From assembly GCA_022826565.1 (NCBI GenBank), contig JAJDUP010000054.1:6636-70635 (forward strand): a stretch of 64,000 nucleotides of DNA, given 5' to 3'. Numbering within the stretch: position 1 is the first letter of the stretch; each line of letters starts with the position of its first letter. The position numbers and the translations under genes are program-made. Of the stretch, positions 61,136 to 64,000 are shown one piece after another. The notes below the pieces were generated by a model, which was given only the letters and a program-made list of their open reading frames with translations, was not told the DNA's origin and did not search any database. Source of the stretch: Gemmatimonadota bacterium (GTDB lineage: Bacteria; Gemmatimonadota; Gemmatimonadetes; Longimicrobiales; Gaopeijiaceae).

Positions 61136-63499
61136 TCACCACGAAAGCGCCTTCGAGAATTTCACCGAGAATGCCCGCCCCGAGGACAACGGCGTACGTG
61201 GAATCATGTTCTGGTCCCGCTCCGTGTGAAGGCCCTCGTTGTATACAAGCCAGAGATCTGTGCCTTCGCTGAAGTGATAACGCATGCGTGTGTTGATGCT
61301 GGTGAGGTCGTCCACGCCGTTGTACTGGGTGTAAGTGCTCAGAGAAAGATGGGTGTCCAGCGCCAACTCCACCTTCAGTTGCGCCAAATGCGTCGTGGTT
61401 GCCAGGCCGCGCTCGGGGAATTCGATCCGGTTGATGGAGTATGCCATCCCGAGCTCCAGATGCCGAGAGACATTCCACACGGGACCGGCCGATGCACCGA
61501 TCCGGCTTCCGTCGTAGAAGGTGCCGGCTGAAGTCGTGAACCTGCCGCGCAAATCATCGCTGCGGGACAGCGTGAAATTGGCCGCAACCTCGTGGAACCA
61601 GTATTCACCCGCCGCGACTTGCACATCGGCAATGGGGAACGGGTCGCGCACGCTCTCGAACTGCGACCTGACACCCACATCGAGCCTGGCTCCGCCCTTG
61701 AACTGGACCTCTGCTTTGGGATAGATCTCCCTCGATTCCGGCGTCCCGTCCGAATTGCGGGTGAACTGCCTGGCGGTCAGCCGCACGCCCTGCCTGCGAA
61801 ACATCGCGCTGGCGTCCATATACTCGCCGTAAGCGAATTCCAGGCCGCCAAGGGTGAAGCCCGTGCGCCGCTGGAATCCGAGGCCGGGCCTGTAGTCGGA
61901 TCCCACCCGGACGGCATCGGCAGAGTAGGTGAATCCCTCATCGCGCCGCCGCTCCCAGCGGGCCCGCATCAGTCCGGTCTCGAAGCCGGTGGCGTCCGTC
62001 GTCGCCTCGTCGAAACTCTGCGCCCATTGCAGCAGGGCATACTCGTCGCCGACCACCCGCACCGATGCGTCCAGTCCATACGCGACGTTGTCCCGGCCGT
62101 GCGAACCCAATCGGCTGGTAACCATCGCGCCGACGGTGGAGTAAGGGTTCAGCACCTGCTGGCGCAGCCGCAGCACGCCCATGTTCTCGGAAGAGAGGCT
62201 GCCATGCGCCCCGGTCTGCATGTTCAGGAGTCCGTAGTCGGTGCCCCCGATCCGTCCGACCGCGCGCACGCCGCCGTAGATCTTCACGATCTCGCCCTCG
62301 TGAAGCCCGATCTGCCGGCTGTGGAATAGCCGGTTGAAGGGCCCGCCGGTGTTGAAGTCGAAGGTAGCCGAGCGCTCCTGGAAGAACTGGCGCTTCTCTG
62401 GAGTGAACAGCGGAAAGCGCTCGATGTTGATCTGGGCGCTGTCAGCCTCCACCTGTGCGAAATCGGTGTTGGCGGTGAGGTTCAGCGCCAGGCGGGAGGT
62501 GGGAGAATACTTGATGTCGAGTCCCACTTCACGGGTGGCGTCCTGCTCGGCATCCCACACCGAATGCGGGCCTCGGTGGCCATCCGCGAGTTTCGGGGTC
62601 CGGCGCACGCCTGCCAGCACGTAGGGCATCGTGTAGACGGGGGTCTGCTGTCGGACGTTCCGGAGGACGATGCGCTGAGCCTGAGAGGGCTTCACGAACG
62701 CCACCCCTCCCCAACCTGGATCAATGTCCGGAAAGAGGTGCCGCTCGTCCTTGCGCGCGATCATCCGGTAGATGATCAGGCCCATCGTCACTTCTTCGTC
62801 CAGCACCTGGAATCCCAGTGTGGAGAAGGGAATCCGAAACTCGGCGAACCAGCCTTCGTCGGTACGGCTGGTTGCCACATCCCAATACGAGTTCCAGTCG
62901 GAATTCATGGGCAGTCCGCCGCCGACGGTAATCTGGGCATCGTTGTAGACCGTGCGATCCACGCGCGTCCCTGCCGGATTCGTCAGGAACATGACTGCAG
63001 TTTCATAGTCGTTGTAGCTGTCGACGATGACAGCAAGGGCATCGTCGCCGCTGTACCGATCACGGTAGAGAGTGTTGGCGCGGATCCCCTCCGGATCGGA
63101 ATCGAACAAGCGGCCAGACACGTAGAGGAAGCGGTCATCGTGGACGATACGAACTTCGCTGGGCTCCGTGAAGGGGCCATGGTACGTGGGGGCGAACACT
63201 ATCATCGGGACGGGCTCCACGGCCTCCCATGCCGCCTCGTCCACGATCCCGTCCAACCTGATGGGCCCCGAGATTCGAGGAATCGTCATGGGGATGGTCC
63301 GGGAGTCACCCGCCGGCCGGTCGGTTTCGGCCTGCGGAACGTGCCCCCACAGGGGTGACGGCAAGAGGAAAGCCGTCTTGAGGGCGCATGACACGAGAAT
63401 TGGGAGAAAAACCAGGCGGGGCCCTCTCGCACGGGAGGTCGTGGAGGTGGAGCTGGCGTCGCCCGTGCCCGTCCTGGTACAAGAACTCATGGCAAACAT
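61136..63499 (-). CDS. DUF5916 / CBM9-like domain protein, paralogue of 33942..36227
   Basis: 787 aa. ISGPIRLDGIVDEAAWEAVEPVPMIVFAPTYHGPFTEPSEVRIVHDDRFLYVSGRLFDS...DALAVIVDSYNDYETAVMFLTNPAGTRVD. The stop is 24 nt upstream of the PKS start on the same strand. Confidence 0.75.
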   Translation of the reverse strand: MFAMSSCTRTGTGDASSTSTTSRARGPRLVFLPILVSCALKTAFLLPSPLWGHVPQAETDRPAGDSRTIPMTIPRISGPIRLDGIVDEAAWEAVEPVPMIVFAPTYHGPFTEPSEVRIVHDDRFLYVSGRLFDSDPEGIRANTLYRDRYSGDDALAVIVDSYNDYETAVMFLTNPAGTRVDRTVYNDAQITVGGGLPMNSDWNSYWDVATSRTDEGWFAEFRIPFSTLGFQVLDEEVTMGLIIYRMIARKDERHLFPDIDPGWGGVAFVKPSQAQRIVLRNVRQQTPVYTMPYVLAGVRRTPKLADGHRGPHSVWDAEQDATREVGLDIKYSPTSRLALNLTANTDFAQVEADSAQINIERFPLFTPEKRQFFQERSATFDFNTGGPFNRLFHSRQIGLHEGEIVKIYGGVRAVGRIGGTDYGLLNMQTGAHGSLSSENMGVLRLRQQVLNPYSTVGAMVTSRLGSHGRDNVAYGLDASVRVVGDEYALLQWAQSFDEATTDATGFETGLMRARWERRRDEGFTYSADAVRVGSDYRPGLGFQRRTGFTLGGLEFAYGEYMDASAMFRRQGVRLTARQFTRNSDGTPESREIYPKAEVQFKGGARLDVGVRSQFESVRDPFPIADVQVAAGEYWFHEVAANFTLSRSDDLRGRFTTSAGTFYDGSRIGASAGPVWNVSRHLELGMAYSINRIEFPERGLATTTHLAQLKVELALDTHLSLSTYTQYNGVDDLTSINTRMRYHFSEGTDLWLVYNEGLHTERDQNMIPRTPLSSGRAFSVKFSKALSW

Positions 63500-63595
63500 C
63501 TCTCGTCCCCGTTCACCGTCGGCCGCTGCCGTACCGGGTCAACTACCCGACCGACCGGAAGGGGCTGATACCCAGGGTAGTTTAGCTTCTGGCCG

Positions 63596-64000
63596 CTATC
63601 CCACCGGGTCAACCCGCACGGTCACCACGTCGATGTCCTCGTACTTGTGGTGTTGCACCGAGGTCGCCAGGTGCCGCAGGAGCCGCAGCGAGAATTCGTG
63701 CTCCTCCGTGGCGTCGACCGCGTGCGTGCCGATCACTGCCAGGTGATCCTCGATGTTGCCCTCGCTGCCCGCGGCCAGGAACTCCAGCTCCGCGCCTCCC
63801 GATTCGGTTCGCGCAGTCAGCCGCAATCGGCGCTTGCCGGTCGCTTCGGCACCCTCGCCCTCCTGCGCTCCCTCCCCGATCAGGAGCAGGAGCGTCTCTT
63901 CGGCGGCGTGCGCCAACCGGCCCGCCGTCGCGCCCCCCAACTCCCGCCGGCCCGCAAAACCCTCCAGGAACCGCTGGATCTCCGGCAGCGACTCCACCCG
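63596..64000 (-). CDS. C-terminal end of a second permease-type protein sharing the 47205..47627 C-terminal domain; the 5' part lies beyond the right window edge
   Basis: The frame is open to the window edge. ...IQRFLEGFAGRRELGG...AAEETLLLLIGE...RRLRLTARTESGGAELEFLAAGSEGNIED...EHEFSLRLLRHLATSVQHHKYEDIDVVTVRVDPVG is colinear with the tail of the NCS2 permease at 47205..48950. The transporter part itself is not visible. Confidence 0.6.
   Translation of the reverse strand, partial: RVESLPEIQRFLEGFAGRRELGGATAGRLAHAAEETLLLLIGEGAQEGEGAEATGKRRLRLTARTESGGAELEFLAAGSEGNIEDHLAVIGTHAVDATEEHEFSLRLLRHLATSVQHHKYEDIDVVTVRVDPVG

Overview
Very GC-rich bacterial chromosomal segment. The gene content (many secreted peptidases, CarboxypepD_reg-type TonB-dependent receptors, DUF5916/CBM9 proteins, beta-propeller lipoproteins) suggests a Gemmatimonadota-like organism, but that is only a guess. 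I support about 40 protein-coding genes, one tRNA-Val(TAC), one SAM-I riboswitch, two pseudogenes and a few repeats and hairpins. Left to right: (1) the edge of an integrase-associated island (partial GHKL ATPase plus P4-like tyrosine integrase, low-GC junction); (2) housekeeping and secretome genes (TonB receptor, beta-lactamase-like hydrolase, RCK K+ channel, creatininase-fold protein); (3) a direct duplication of an S1-protease gene that also duplicated the 3' half of tRNA-Val; (4) M14, M24, M8-like and S8 peptidases and a decayed M28 peptidase; (5) a SAM-I-riboswitch-controlled metX-metB-ask-asd operon; (6) an Rpn/YhgA-type nuclease gene; (7) an ECF-sigma/FecR operon with two tandem TonB-dependent transducer plus lipoprotein modules, one lipoprotein frameshifted; (8) the most unusual locus, a 10.3-kb bimodular type I PKS (KS-AT-DH-cMT-ER-KR-ACP-KS-degraded AT, no release domain). 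The PKS is flanked by a discrete ACP, a class-III aminotransferase, DUF5916 proteins and two NCS2-type permeases that share an uncharacterised C-terminal domain. Most long ORFs in the track that lie antisense to or out of frame with these genes are high-GC artefacts. All calls come from reading the translations and DNA by eye; no searches were run.
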